This document shows positions 13,543 through 27,455 of a DNA stretch of 64,000 nt, piece by piece (within the stretch, counting starts at the first letter, position 1; each line of letters starts with the position of its first letter). The notes under the pieces were generated by a model. It was not told the origin of the DNA and made no database searches. It was given only the letters and a program-made list of their open reading frames with translations. Position numbers and translations under genes: made by a program. Source of the DNA: the human T2T-CHM13v2.0 reference genome, Homo sapiens; the NCBI RefSeq assembly GCF_009914755.1, contig NC_060925.1; one strand, written 5' to 3'.

Positions 13543-14908
13543 CTGAAAGAGAAAATAATACTATCTATAGCTGAGATTCATATTATGGAATAGTAATTTA
13601 TTCTATATCTGTAACTTTTAAAAAGTCATAATTACATCAATGCACATGTAAGTTAAGGGAGTTATTTGTTTTTCAAAGAAGGCGTCCACAGTTCGACTTT
13701 AAATAAGTTGTGTAGGAACACTACATCTGTTCTCAAGGGATTCCACCAAATACTTTTTGGTGCTTCCTTTAGAACTGCCACCAGAGCCACTTTACAAGGT
13801 ATAAACAGGGTTTGGGAGGCCCTATATTATACCTCATTTTCACCCAAACGTATTGCCCTTTGCATTTTGACATGAAGCCCGATGATTTTTGTCCATTACT
13901 AAATTTTAAGTCTACCCTTAAAGGTCAATGATTTGCCATCACTGAAGCTATTGTGAGACTCTGTCTCAGGCTCTAAAAGAGGATTTCCAAAAATACTATA
14001 AGGAATGGGTACTATCACTCTACTAATGGGACCCCAGACCACCTGCCAGGTGAGGTTGTGGCATACTGAAGTGGGAGGAGAGGAGCATCACATCAGGATA
14101 ATAGTTAGAGTTGGCTCTTATCAAAGCAATTTCATACACAGGAGTGTGCACAAGTCTCATGCTCTTTGCCTCTGCACTGTCTCTCTACCCCATAAAAAAT
14201 GAGGTGGGGGAGAGGAGGGTATAGACAAGACCTTTTGCAGGTTGGTTCTTTAGCATTCTATAGGATTAAATTCTGACAATCATAAATGTAGTATATAAGA
14301 GGCATACAGCATAGCGGTGCAAATTGCTGCATTTTCAAGGTGAAACTCAAGCCTCACTTCCAAATAGGAATGGATGATGCTTTGCCCTTAAGGAAAAAAG
14401 ACCGGAAGGATATTCACAAGCAGGCAGGCTTTTAAACCCTCAGCAATGTCTAGTGACTGGAGATCACACACTCTGGTTTCATCCTACAGTGTCCTGTGTT
14501 TGGGAGAGTCACCAAGGCTGCAGTCTGTGCCAGTACTGGCCACCTCCCTGTGCAAAATTTCTAACAATAAGATTCTATTCCTCCACTGTATTGAATGAAA
14601 AATGCTTAGCTTTTAAAAATGCTATAAAATGAGGACAAATTACTTAGCCTTGATTTTTTTCCAGTTTTAAAAAAACTACATCTTCCCTCAGGTTCCCCTA
14701 ACTTTTCCCCTAACTTTGTAAACATGGGCATTCCTTTATCACTTTAATTCTACAACCATCAACTAAACACTAGGCATTGTGCATGTTCATTTTAGGACAA
14801 AATTTTTGTATGTCCATTCTATGTCAATCTTTAGCATATTACTTTGCATACAGTTGAGAAAAATGTCTGAGGAGGAATGTGTGATAGGAGGGGAGGAGAA
14901 AAGAAAGA

Positions 14909-15213
14909 GGCCAGGCACTGTGCCTCATGCTGTAATCCCAGCACTTTGGAAGGCCGAGGCAGGTGGATCACCTGAGGTCAGGAGTTCGAAACCAGCCTGG
15001 CCAACATGGCGAAACCCCATCTCTACTAAAAATACAAAAAAAAAAAAAAAAAATAGCCAGGCATGGTTGTGTGCGCCTGTAATCCCAGCTACTCAGGAGG
15101 CTGAGGCAGGAGAATCACTTGAACCCAGAAGGCGGAGGTTGGAGTGAGCTGAAATCGTGCCACTGCAGCCCAGCCTGGGTGTGAAAGCAAGACTCTGTCT
15201 CCAAAAAAGAAAG
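14909..15213 (+). mobile_element. Alu (AluSx-like)
   Basis: Full Alu whose tail continues into an (AAGAG)n repeat. Confidence 0.95.
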
Positions 15214-15219
15214 TAAAAG

Positions 15220-15284
15220 AAGAGAAGAGAAGAGAAGAGAAGAGAAGAGAAGAGAAGAGAAGAGAAGAGAAGAGAAGAGAAGAG
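15220..15284 (+). repeat. (AAGAG)13 pentanucleotide microsatellite in Alu tail
   Basis: 13 perfect units counted, followed by AAAAG-type units. Confidence 0.95.
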
Positions 15285-16089
15285 AAATAAAGAAAAGAAA
15301 AGAAAAGTAGAGAAAATGCAAACCTAGGTTCAAGTTCCAGCTCTACCATGTTATTGGCTGTGTGAACTTGAACTAGTTGCCTTTGTTACCCTCAGTCTGC
15401 TAAAGTACAAAAGAGGAATAATCATATCTGCTTTATAACTTTGTAAGAATTATGTGAAATGAAGATATTAAGATCATATACATACAGTTTTGGTCCCTTT
15501 TCTGAGGAAAAAGGAGAGAACTGTCTTAACATCCCATTTATTGTTATTTACCTTGAATCCTAAGGCTTTACTCTCCAGTTTGCAAATATTATAAAATAAA
15601 ACCACCTTCCTCAGATTTATACAAGGATGTGAAAATGAATATGCCATTCACTCAGAAACACTGAAAGATTTTGTCCTTGCAACACTTCTAGGCAGAATAT
15701 TTAGCTATGTTTTACAGATATTGAGAAGGAAAGGAAGATAGTTGTTCTTAAAAGTACCGAAATGTCTGAGAAGTGAGTTTGTGAGGCATCAACCACATCT
15801 CATGAACACTTCCTGTCTCTACCTTGGAGCACACACAGTGCCTATCGCTGGGTATGATCTGATTAGAACAGAGGACAAAACATTTGCAAAGCTCTTCAAA
15901 AATCTTATCCCAGCCTTATCTCTTGCCACAGTCCCAGGTCGACTTCTACCCCATCTCAAGCTCACCCCCTTGTCTGAAACCCACATGGCATTACCTGAAG
16001 TTCCTAGAAAGCAGCATCCTTTCCTATTGCTCCTCTCTATGTGCTGCTTCTATCATTTCTTCAGTGAGATGATCCCAGGGCTCCCAAGA

Positions 16090-16310
16090 CTGAGTTAGGG
16101 GTCTTTGTGGATGTAACTAGTTCATCCCGTACTTACCTTTCAGGTGAGTCCCTCTCTTAGCACTTAACACACTTTATTATATGTATCTGTGGAATTGCCC
16201 CCTTCCTGTCCCAACTGTATATTCTTTGAGGGCAGCGTCTTACTCCTTTCAGAATCCCCTGTGTCCAAGAGAGTGTCAGGTCAAGTCAATGACCCATAGG
16301 AAACATTCAT
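16090..16310 (+). mobile_element. L2 3' fragment
   Basis: cttagcacttaacacactttatt...actgtatattctttgagggcag. Confidence 0.5.
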
Positions 16311-16729
16311 TTGTCAACTTAATTTTTAGTGAGTCTGTTATTCATTCCCCCATTTTAGTGTTTAGCTTCAAATTATTCATTAAAAATTTAGAATAAAAGT
16401 GTTAGCAATTCACTAGTACTATATTATTTGGCATAAAATAACACAGACTTATAGGATATTTGATTTCAAAGAGATTCTAAATTCCAGTTGCTTCAGCCCC
16501 CTTGTTTTATATAGAAGACCATAAAAGGGGTAAATATGTAAGGACTTATCTATTATCACTAGAACCTATGATTGCTCCACCCTCTTTATAAGAATATGGG
16601 CTAGTTAACTGCAGAAATGAGACTAAAACTGAGATATCCCAACATCCAGTTCAATGGCCTTTAAATGCATCCACAAATACTTAGATATCAATACCTAAGA
16701 ACAGGAGAATAACAAACACTAAGACTCAC

Positions 16730-16900
16730 AGGTACTCTTTGATGTGCTTTACATTATGAACTACCATTCTGTGATTAGAGATTTAAGGCAGAGAGAGAAT
16801 AAGGTAACATACCCAGAATCATATAGCTAACAAGCACTAGAGCCAGGATTTGAACCCAGGCAATCTGGATCCAAAGTCTGTGCTCTTAAATATGAGGCAT
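16730..16900 (-). mobile_element. MIR
   Basis: agagccaggatttgaacccaggcaatctggatccaaagtctgtgctcttaa. Confidence 0.7.
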
Positions 16901-18249
16901 GCTGCCTAACTCTAATCTTTTAAAAGTAATTAATTGAATGTTGTTTAGAATATAAATAAAAATGAACATTCCATCTTCTGAAAGAGCACTTTGTGTAGCT
17001 GTTGCTGTTGCTATTGTTGCCAGTCAGAAAGGAAATTTTGATGCCTGACATAGGAGCCTGAGAGTGATAGGTTCAGGGTGGATCTTGGCATTGTCTTTTG
17101 CTGTTGTCAGACTTATGGTGTAAGGGCAGCTGTGGGATAGGATAGGGTTGCTTTTAGAGAACGGAATCTCTCAACACCTCAAAAAGAAATCCCTTAACTT
17201 GTCTCTGTACCAGTATGGTTGGTGGCTGGTTTAATTCCACAGAAACCAAACAGAGCATGTCACCAAAGCAACAGGTGTCAGGTTGTACACAATGCATTTT
17301 AACAATCCCAAAATAATGTTCTTGTTCCTGATGGGAAAAAAAAAGTAATCCATAATCATGAGGGTGTGTTCTGAAATACATTTAAAAAGGACTGGTAAGT
17401 GTATAATAAAAATACATTGGTGAAAATGATGGAGAATATAAATGTCTCTCATCCAAGGACTAAAGAAATTCAATGTTTTTAGTTCTGATATAATGATGTC
17501 TTCTTGTAAAAGGCAACTGTTTTTTACAGTGTAAAATGCATATCCTACATGATGTGTACAGTCTCTTCTTCTTAGTTTTTAAGCTCTTATAGTACACAGA
17601 TCATGTCACAGAAGTCTTTATAAAAGAGCTTAAAGGTGACCACTGCCACAAGAAATATATAATGTCTGAGCTGACTATAACCTCCAAATTTGCTGTGCTC
17701 TCTATCCAACATCAATTTTTACATGTTATTCTTCTACCTGTGAATTTTAAACAACCTTGATGCAAGTCTGCTTATCTGTCTTTCAAAACATGCAACAACA
17801 ACAAAAGCCTTGTTAATAAAATATTCTTGGAAAAGAAAGCAATGCTAATTACATCTAATGCATTCACTATCTTTGGATAGAAACAGTTTCAATGTGTACA
17901 TTTTATGGTGACTTTTGCAGACCGGTACAAGTCCATATGACCAGTTAGGGGCATTTGGATGATACCCTATATGATAAAAGCAGTTGATTCTTAAATAGAA
18001 ATTTTACTTCTTGAGATTTCCCTTCTACCTTAAACAAGTATAACCCTTTCTAATACTATCCCTAAGTACTTCTGTTCTTGGATGCTATCAATGTGCCCAA
18101 AGTTTGTCAGAGAGGAAAAAATGGAATTAGAGTTTGCTTTTAAGATCAAGTTCATATATTCAACAAATATCTGCATCCTCTAAAATTAATACTGATTTGG
18201 GGAACTCCTTGACATAAGTAATGGTAATTGATCTGTGTGTAAGCTGTAG

Positions 18250-18480
18250 GAGGCAGTATAACATATAGATTACGAGCTAACATACTGGAGTCAAATTGGG
18301 CTGCCTTGTTCTACCATTTTCCGTGTGACTTTGGAGCAGCTCTTAAATTTGGAGTTACCTTCTTTATGAATGACATGTGGATGGGTAATAATAATTGATA
18401 CATTATGGGGTTGCTATTAACATTAAGTAAGATCATGTATTTAAGATGCTTAGCAGAGTTCCTGACAGGGAGTGAGTATT
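18250..18480 (+). mobile_element. MIR
   Basis: gaggcagtata...tggagtca...tgtgactttgg...atgcttagcagagttcctgaca. Confidence 0.6.
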
Positions 18481-19092
18481 GATTATAATATTAGCAATAA
18501 TTACAACATCATTACTGTACTCAGGGAAGGAATGCAGGAGAAAGAGCTAAGAGGGACTCAAGAAGTGCCCAGGTAATGGTTCTCAGCACAGAAGTAAGGA
18601 AGTGCTAGCCAGAGAATTTCTTCTGGCCTTGTGCTTGTCAGCCAAAAGACAAAGAACTGATGTCTGAGTCAAAAGGCACTTCGTGAGAAGCAAAAGCAAA
18701 CAAACCAACCAAAGAGTATGCCATGGACTCAGTCATAAAAGAAGGTAAAACATTCAAAAAACAGTAATTACCCCAAGGGTCAGGGAACTCAGATAGCACT
18801 GCTGGCTGGATTGAGAGAAAGGCGAGGAAAGCCCAGAAAACAATGGAAGCTCCTGGCATGTAGTCTGTACCTGAAGTTTAAAATAAAATCTGTATACCTG
18901 AACTGTCTTCTATGTTAGGGATTTCAGATAAGTGCCTCGCATCCCCCAGGAAGAGTAAGAAAGAAAAGTATAGAGGAAAACTTAGCAGGGAGAGTGGGGG
19001 GGTTCCTGTTTGATGATTGTCCAAGGGACATAGGATGAAAATGCCTCCTCCACTGTGGGATATTTGTTTAACTCTAAGTCTTCCACAGAAGA

Positions 19093-19305
19093 GCAGGGGT
19101 TTGGTTGGCAAGCTTTTTTGAAAGGGCCAGATTGTACATATTTTTGTCTTTGCAGGTCATTCAGTCTCTGCTGTGACTCCTTAACTCAGCTGCTGTAGCA
19201 CAAAAGCAGCCACAGACCATACTAGAATAGGTGTGGCCATGTTCCAATAAAACTTTCTTTAGCAAAATGGATTTGGCCCGCAGGCCTTGGTTTAGCCATC
19301 TCTTG
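19093..19305 (+). mobile_element. MER58A-like hAT-Charlie MITE
   Basis: ttggcaagctttt...aaagggccagat...aaaagcagccacagac...gttccaataaaacttt...ggatttggcccgcaggcc. Confidence 0.8.
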
Positions 19306-20569
19306 TCTAAACCATATGGACAAAAGGCTGCAACGACAAAAATACTTTACAGTCTATTATCCATTATTTCCTTTCTTGCTCACGACTCTGTAAGGTAGTT
19401 TCCCCCAAGTTAGGTACAGAAACTTTTTAAAGAAATCTTTGTAAATTGATAATAACTGAGAAGAACAGATGGAAGAATGAGTTGGAAAACTTTTACTTTA
19501 AGTATCACAAAATTTGAAATTGTTTTCCATATAAAACATAGGCGAAAGCTCTGGGGCACAGTGAGGTTTTTCCAAAAGCAGGAGGTACTTTGGAAGTAGT
19601 GAAGATGCTCTGGAGGCAAAAGCAGGGGAAAAAAAGTACACTTGAGGACAACACATTGGGCTACATTCCTTCCTTTGAAGATTTTTGTGCTTATCTCTGA
19701 TCGTCCTCAAATGGAAACTGTAAATAGTATGCACTGAAAAGAAAATGGATATCAGAATGTAGATTTGGGATATGTATTCAGATTCATTCTAAAGGTAAAT
19801 TCATATTTTCAGCTCTACATTCTAAATTAACAAAGATGTCCTTGAACTAAATAATCTCTCAGTAGTATTCTTTCTAGTATTATCAGAGATGCCCTTTTTT
19901 TAAGTCTGCTCAAACCAAGATAAAATGAGATTTAATTCCAAATAATACAGCAACTTTTTGTTAAAAATAGATTAAAAAAATTTTTCTCTTTCTATCATTC
20001 ATCATAAGAAAAACAAAAAAAAGAGACCAAGAGCAACAACAACAACAACAACAAAAAGGGACTGATTCTGAGCTGCCTTCTGGAGTGGTCACAAAGTTTA
20101 TGCAAATGGACAATTATTCTCACATCAAAACAGGAGAGAAATAAGCCTCTTTCTTCCTAAAATAAATAATTAAATAATACAGAAGTGTCATCAGTGGCGA
20201 CAGATTTTTAGGATCAGTTTAAGACTAACAAACAAAAATTGGGTGGAGAAAGGAATGTCAGATGATAAAAATCCAGAGAACTGACACAGGAAATGGAAAT
20301 GGTGGTGGCACTGAAGAGTTGCGCTCTCAAGCTTCACATTTAAGGGATTTCTAAAAATGAATTGCAAAGCGTTTAGGTATTTTTAAGACTTAGTTCTTAC
20401 TGTCTCCTTTCTAAAAACCTTGAATATTATCTAATCATAACATTTGGCATATTCTTAATTCCTCATTTTTATTTTAATAACTTAAATGATTTTGCCCATG
20501 GATTAAAATTCTCTCAAGAAAAATACAATCTAAAATCATTCAATCTTTTAAAAGCTTTTAAAATATACA

Positions 20570-20800
20570 AGGCAGTGTAATGAAGGGGTTAAGAGGACAG
20601 GCTCTGGGTTCAAGATTTCGGGGACCCAGTTGTTCTTTGGGCAATTACTTCTCTGTGCCTCAAGTTCCACATCTATAATAGAAGATAATATAATCATGAT
20701 AGAAGTGCCTACTTCATTGGGATGATTAAAGAAATGAGATAATTAATGTAAAGCACATAGAACAATGTGTGACACTTTGCAAAATCAAATATATTCATTA
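20570..20800 (+). mobile_element. MIR
   Basis: ggttaagaggacaggctctgg...ttgggcaattacttctctgtgcctcaagttccacatctata...tgtaaagcacatagaaca. Confidence 0.7.
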
Positions 20801-21024
20801 TTATTATAAATTAAACTAATATATTTATTATTACTATTAATATTATTGGTTAACAAATTCTTCACCTAAAGGCATTGCATTAAGCTCAGGAATCTTAAGA
20901 CAGCTATGTACATTATCCATATATATAAAATTACTTATGGATAAGCCTAAGGTGATAAAAGATTAGAACTTTGGTGTATATATAAATTTGGCATATCTAT
21001 AAAATCTCTCAAAAATATTTAAAC

Positions 21025-22080
21025 ATTCACCTCCTACCCATTAGGATGGTTGCTACTGAAGAAAAAAAAAAAAAAACAGAAAATAACCAAGCACTGAAAA
21101 GAATACGAAGAAATTAGAACACTTGTGCTCTGTTGATGGTAATATAAAATTGTACTGCCGCTCTAGAAAACAGTACGGGAGTTCTTCTAAGAATTAAAAA
21201 TAGAATTACCATGTGATCCAGTAATTTCACTTCTTGGTGTATGCATACATCCAAAAGAATTAAAAATAGGATCTCAAACAAGTATTTGTACACCCAGGTT
21301 CACTGCAGTATTATTTACAATAGCCAAGAGATGGAAGCAACATAAATGTCAGCCAAGAGAGGAATGCACAAAGAAAATGTGGTCTATCCATACAGTGGAA
21401 TGTAGTAGTCCTCTCTTATTTGCGATTTCACTTTCAGCGGTTTCAATTACCCAAGGTACAGTACAGTAAAATATTTTGAGAGACAGAGAGACCACATTCA
21501 CATAACTTTTAGTACTGTATATTGTTATAATTGTCCTATTTTAGTATTAGTTATTTTTGTTAATCTCTTACTGGGCCTAATCTATAAATTAAACTTTATC
21601 AAGATATGTATGTATAGAAAAAAAAAATCCTCATCTCTATACGGTTCAGTCCCATCTGTGGTTTCAGGTATCCTCTGGGGGCCTTGGTACACATCCCCTG
21701 CAGATAATGGGGGACTCCTGTATTATTCCATTTTTAAAAAGAAATCCTGTCATGCACAATGACATGAATGAACTTTGATGATATTATGCTAAGTGAAATA
21801 AGCCAGTGACAAAAAGACAAAGACTGCATGATTCCACTTATAGGAGATATCTAGAGCAGCCAAACTCATAGAAACAGAAAGAAGAATGGTGGCTAGCAGG
21901 GACTGGGGGTAGGGAGAAATGAGGAGTTGTTTCATGAGTGCAGAGTTTACATCTGGCATGATGAAATACTAAAGACTCGTGAGCTATTGCACAACCATGA
22001 GCATATAGTTAACACTAATGTACTACACATTAAAAAAATGGTTAAGATGGTAAATTTTATGTTTCTTACCACATTTTTTA
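21025..22080 (+). mobile_element. L1M (L1MB-like) 3' fragment interrupted by MER44
   Basis: aaaatagaattaccatgtgatccagtaatttcacttc...tatgctaagtgaaataagccag...aaaaatggttaagatggtaaatttt. Confidence 0.85.
21403..21720 (+). mobile_element. MER44A-like (Tigger7 non-autonomous) DNA transposon
   Basis: Ends tagtagtcctctcttat...gataatgggggactcctg|ta and internal gagaccacattcacataac; nested in L1. Confidence 0.8.
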
Positions 22081-23772
22081 AGTTTAAATGTCAGTTCTTT
22101 TAAATACAAACAGATTAGCTTTTAAGTATAAAAGCTAAAATACTACACCAGCATCCTGTACCTAATTTTGAGCTTATGTGAAACTTTTTAAATTGTATAA
22201 ATCAGCTCCAATGACTAGGCCGTCACATCACTGAAGTCTCATTATCAGCAACTTTAAAAGAAAGTGAATTCATGTGGTTTATAACTTGAGTGAGTTAATG
22301 TGTTTTATAACTTCTAAGAAATTGTCTAAGTTCATCTAGTAGTATATCAGGAAAACACATCACTGCCCTGGGCTTTACCAAAAAAAGAAAATAAAATCCT
22401 GACCCATGACTTTTACTCATGTCAAAATTCTGAACCCCACCCAGCCATACCTCATGAGTTACCTAACAGCTTCTATAGTTTGACTTTTAACAAGAACTGA
22501 TGCTCCCTTTCTTACAGATTTAGCAAATCACATTGAGTCATATTCCCCCACAACTAGTTACCAAGCAAAAGTGACCCACATCAATAGGAACTTCTGACAA
22601 CACAACTCTCATCATTCATTTTTTGTTTTCTTTCCTACATTTAGAGTGAACATTCTAATATACCCTATCTGGCTTTAGCCATAACCAATTTTGAGTTCAC
22701 TGGAGGAATGGCTTTTATTGTATAACTATTTGAACATATGTACAAAAACATGCATTTTGAAAAATATAAAGCACAAAGTATCATTCCTATTGTTTTGCTC
22801 TCAAGCATTTAACATGCCGTTCAGTAGACTGAGGCTATTCTAGCAGGGTCTGAAGCAGCCTTATTTGTCATGACTTGGTTCTGGGTTAAGGGAGCACAAG
22901 GAGGAATGAAGGAAAGCTATTAGAGTGCTAAGAAAGGCACTCATGTCTTTGTTTGGGAGTTTATCTTGTAATCAAAGAACTGCCTCCAGTACCTTCATCA
23001 AAACAAATAGTCATCAGATAATAGAGATTATGGATGGCATGTCCTCTGGGGAAAGTCCAGTGATCTGTAGGCAAAGAGTCAGCCACACCCGCTTCCTGAA
23101 AGTCCACTCACAAATTTAAAATTCCACCTTGCAAAAGGCAGAAAAGTCAATGGCATTTTTATAAGAATTAATTGGAAGTGATCTGTGAAGTCCCTTAGAC
23201 TGGAACATAAAAACAATACAAACTTCCTTCTCAACAGTTACTCGCTAGGAGAGCTCAGAGACTTAACAGGTTGTAGTTTGGGGCAGGTTAAGAGAACTCT
23301 CCTCCCCCCAAAAAAAATCAGTGGAAGAAATGGTAATGCAAGGGCTTCTTTTCCATAAGAGAATGATTGAATCGGGAACAGGTACGTTTGAGTAACCCAG
23401 ACGGGTCAGGATAGGGGATGCTCCCACACTGGAACCAGATAGGCACCAGGTCTTATGCCAGCTGCACCCACAGTCAGCACCTGAAGGGCAGCTTTCCATC
23501 CACGCTACTCCGTCCGAGGACACTAGCTCAGGAGATCTATAGGGAATTGATTTTATTTTCTGAGTGCAGAGGGTTTTATTAAAGGAAAAATAAATAAGAG
23601 TACATGCTTTGATTAAGTATGCGTGTGTAAAGAGAATTTATTCCAGAATTACATCCGTATTTTTTTTGGATTCTAACATAGGCCATATCACACAGTAGAA
23701 TCCATGAAATATGGGCTTATGTAACAGGTACTTTATAAGTTCTGTTAAAATATAAAGATAGAACTAAGTTTA

Positions 23773-24078
23773 GGCCGGGTGCAGTGGCTCATGCCTGTAA
23801 TCCCAGCACATCGGGAGACCAAGGCGGGTGGATCACCTGAGGTCAGCAGTGTGAGACCAGCTTGGCAAACATGGTGAAACCCTGTCTCTACTAAAAGTAC
23901 AAAAATTAGCCAGGCATGGTGGTGCATGCCTGTAATCCCAGCTACTCAGGAGGCTGAGGCACAAGAATCGCTTGAATCCGGGAGGCGGAGTTTGCAGTAA
24001 GCCAAGATCACCCCATTGCCCTACAGCCTGGGTGACAGAGCGAGACTCCATCTCAAAAAAAAAAAAAAAAAAAAAAAA
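23773..24078 (+). mobile_element. Alu (AluS-like)
   Basis: Full Alu; TSD AAAGATAGAAC(T/G)AAGTT on both sides. Confidence 0.95.
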
Positions 24079-24185
24079 GATAGAACGAAGTTGAAAAATT
24101 ATGAAAAAGCTTATCCCTTTATTAAATGTAACTATCATGAATTAGTGATATTGCTACTACAAAGTGTATTACTTAAAATAAATAA

Positions 24186-24525
<340 letters not shown>

Positions 24526-25374
24526 CTATCACTTCTTCCAGATCACTGTGAAGTAACAGAGACAGTAGGAAAGAAGGTTACCCTTTTGCAAATACATTGC
24601 TAGGAAAATTAATTTTGTTTGCCTAATCTGACATGAGCTATAGTTGGGCATTAAGTTTTGTTGCAAATTTGTGTCCATCCTGAATACCATTGGCATATAC
24701 CCCTTACATGGGATAGGCTCTTACGTAGTGTCACCCAACAGGAAAATATACCCTACAAATCAAAGCTAAAATGATATGCCTATTTTAAATGACTTTCAAA
24801 ATAGAGTAACATAATGCTATGTGTTTAATAAACATGTAAATCACACCAGAGATTCTTTTTTCTGCAAACTGGAGTTTCTAATATTTGAAGGACAAAAATC
24901 TAGTGAGGATCATTACATTTTATTCTATTTTTCTTTCCTTGATCAAAGATCAACCATGAAATACAATCTCTGAAAATAATCACTCTGATTTTGCACAACC
25001 CAAAGATCTTTTTTCATCAGCCACTCTGTTACTTTGTCTTAATTTACATTGATTCTGTTTTCTAATTAGCTAGCCAACACACACACACACTCACACACAC
25101 ACATATATTCACGCATATATATTATAGTGCTCACAGATGTGTAGTTCAAACAGGCTTGAAATATCCAAACAGAGAAAAGAGACTAGAAAATTCTGAAGAA
25201 GTAAAAATATTCTGAAAAGGGAAATAATAGACTAAAAAAAGTCATTATGATAGAGATTGGGTTTCAATTTTATAAATGATATGTACACAAAACTGCCTAG
25301 GAAATCCTTTGGTATAAAAATCTTTTTCATCAATGTTGCCTGCAAGGAAGAAAAATAGGGTGTCTTGATTTAGA

Positions 25375-25600
25375 AGTTACCCAAACTACGACCAACAGGT
25401 CAAATCCAGGTCTGGGCTTGTTTTTGAATGCCCTCAAGCTCAGAGTGTTTTTTTATATTTTTAAACAGCTTAAAAAAAAAACAAAACAAAGAGTATGGAA
25501 CAGAGAAGGCATGTGGCACACAGATCCTGATATATGTGATAACCTAAGATATTTAAACTATTTAATTTATTATCTGTCTCTTGAAAATGCCTGCTGACCA
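25375..25600. mobile_element. MER58C/B-like hAT-Charlie MITE
   Basis: caaactacgaccaacaggtcaaatcc...tgtttttg...cctaagatattta...gctgacc. Confidence 0.55.
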
Positions 25601-25944
25601 GTAGCTCTTTGACAACCTCAAAAGTATAATTTAGGTGACTTCCCAAGTCAGAACAAACCGTGGAAAAGGAATCACTACTCATTTGTCTCAAGAAGTGGTT
25701 CCAGTAAGTCAAAACCAGGAGAAGAAAAACTAAATTATGCTGTTTTAGGACACCCATTCATATAGTACTTCTTCACCAAAAAAGAAAGATTGCAATATTT
25801 TACTATTAAAATAAACACTGAACCTAACAATTAAAATAGCAAGAGTAGAATGATATTTGTTATTTATAATTTGGCAACTTTAATGCATTTCAAAAACTCA
25901 GACACAACTGGCATCAAATGCAAGAAGTGGAAAAGTCAAACTTA

Positions 25945-26274
<330 letters not shown>

Positions 26275-26794
26275 TTAAAGCAATGAATTATATACAACAT
26301 TTCTTTGGAAAATATTACTTCTATATTTAATTTAACACTGCATTCAAACTGATAATCACTGCGATTCATCAAGTCAATTTAGACATTTCCATATTATTTT
26401 GGATTTCAATTTTATAACATATTAGAGTTTTAAAGCTACCAATTACTATAAACTGAGGTAGTTATTTTCTCTAGACACTATTTGGGTTAAATACATTTTA
26501 TTAGTTTCCTTTGGAAAGTTCATATCATGTACACTCAATTTGTAAGTTCTTATTTTCTCTATGGCTGAAAACATTCTAAGACTGAAACAGCACATGATGG
26601 CAAAAGAAATGCAACACCAGGAAAGATCCTCTAGGACTACACTGCCTGCTTCAGGAAGGAGTCATACAATTCAGTGTAGTAAAGCAGTTGGTTGCATCAG
26701 ATCCAAGGGCTATGCCCGCATGCCTTTAGCATATGGCTTGCAGGAAAATGACTAATCTTAATGCCCCATGTTTAAGGTGAGATTTAGGCTCACA

Positions 26795-27455
26795 TTAATG
26801 CCACTTTAGCCTCAGACAAGAAAAGCCCTTGCCTGAAGGCTGTGGGCTTTAGAAGGTATACGTAGCACAAAGATCCCACTCAAAGTGTGAAGGGAAAAAA
26901 GCCCAGCTGGAGCCGTCCCCTGCGTACACCTTGATCCTGAGTACCTGAGACCCTCAAACTCCCTGGCTAGATCACCACAAGCCCATGGAAGTGCCAGGGC
27001 CTGAGCGGGACTCTCTCTTGGGTCTGTTCTCTGGAAGCTAGACTGGACTAAACTGCCCTTCTGGTGTGCACATTAGACCTGGGCGTGGTCAAGGAACAGC
27101 TGTTTGGAAGGGGTCACTGGGCCTTAGACATGTGGGCAAGGGTGTCCACACTATGTACAAGATTGGGAGATAGAGGAGAGAGAAAGAAAGGGGATGGGCT
27201 GCAGGCTATGAACCAGCTCTCCTTGCACTGCCTCTCACTGACAGAAAATTGTTCCTTGGAGTCAAAGACTGACCAATAAAAAGTCAGTCTCCCAGGCTAT
27301 TATGAAGGTATAGTTGGTCAAATAAGAGACTAGAACAAATTTCACTTAGTGATTTGGTATCTTGATTTATAACATTAACATATTTACATATACTATGCAG
27401 TATTTGGGTGCTTGCTGTACTCTTGTCCTAGGTCCTGCAATGTTCAGAGTGGACT
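26795..27455 (-). mobile_element. MER115-like hAT-Tip100 element
   Basis: Reverse complement begins acattgcaggacctaggacaagagtaca...gttataaatcaagat...tataccttcataa, followed by a GC-richer body, as in the MER115 consensus. Confidence 0.65.

Noticed and set aside
15742-16098. 118-aa plus-strand ORF
   Set aside because: Non-ATG start in intronic sequence with no protein family features.
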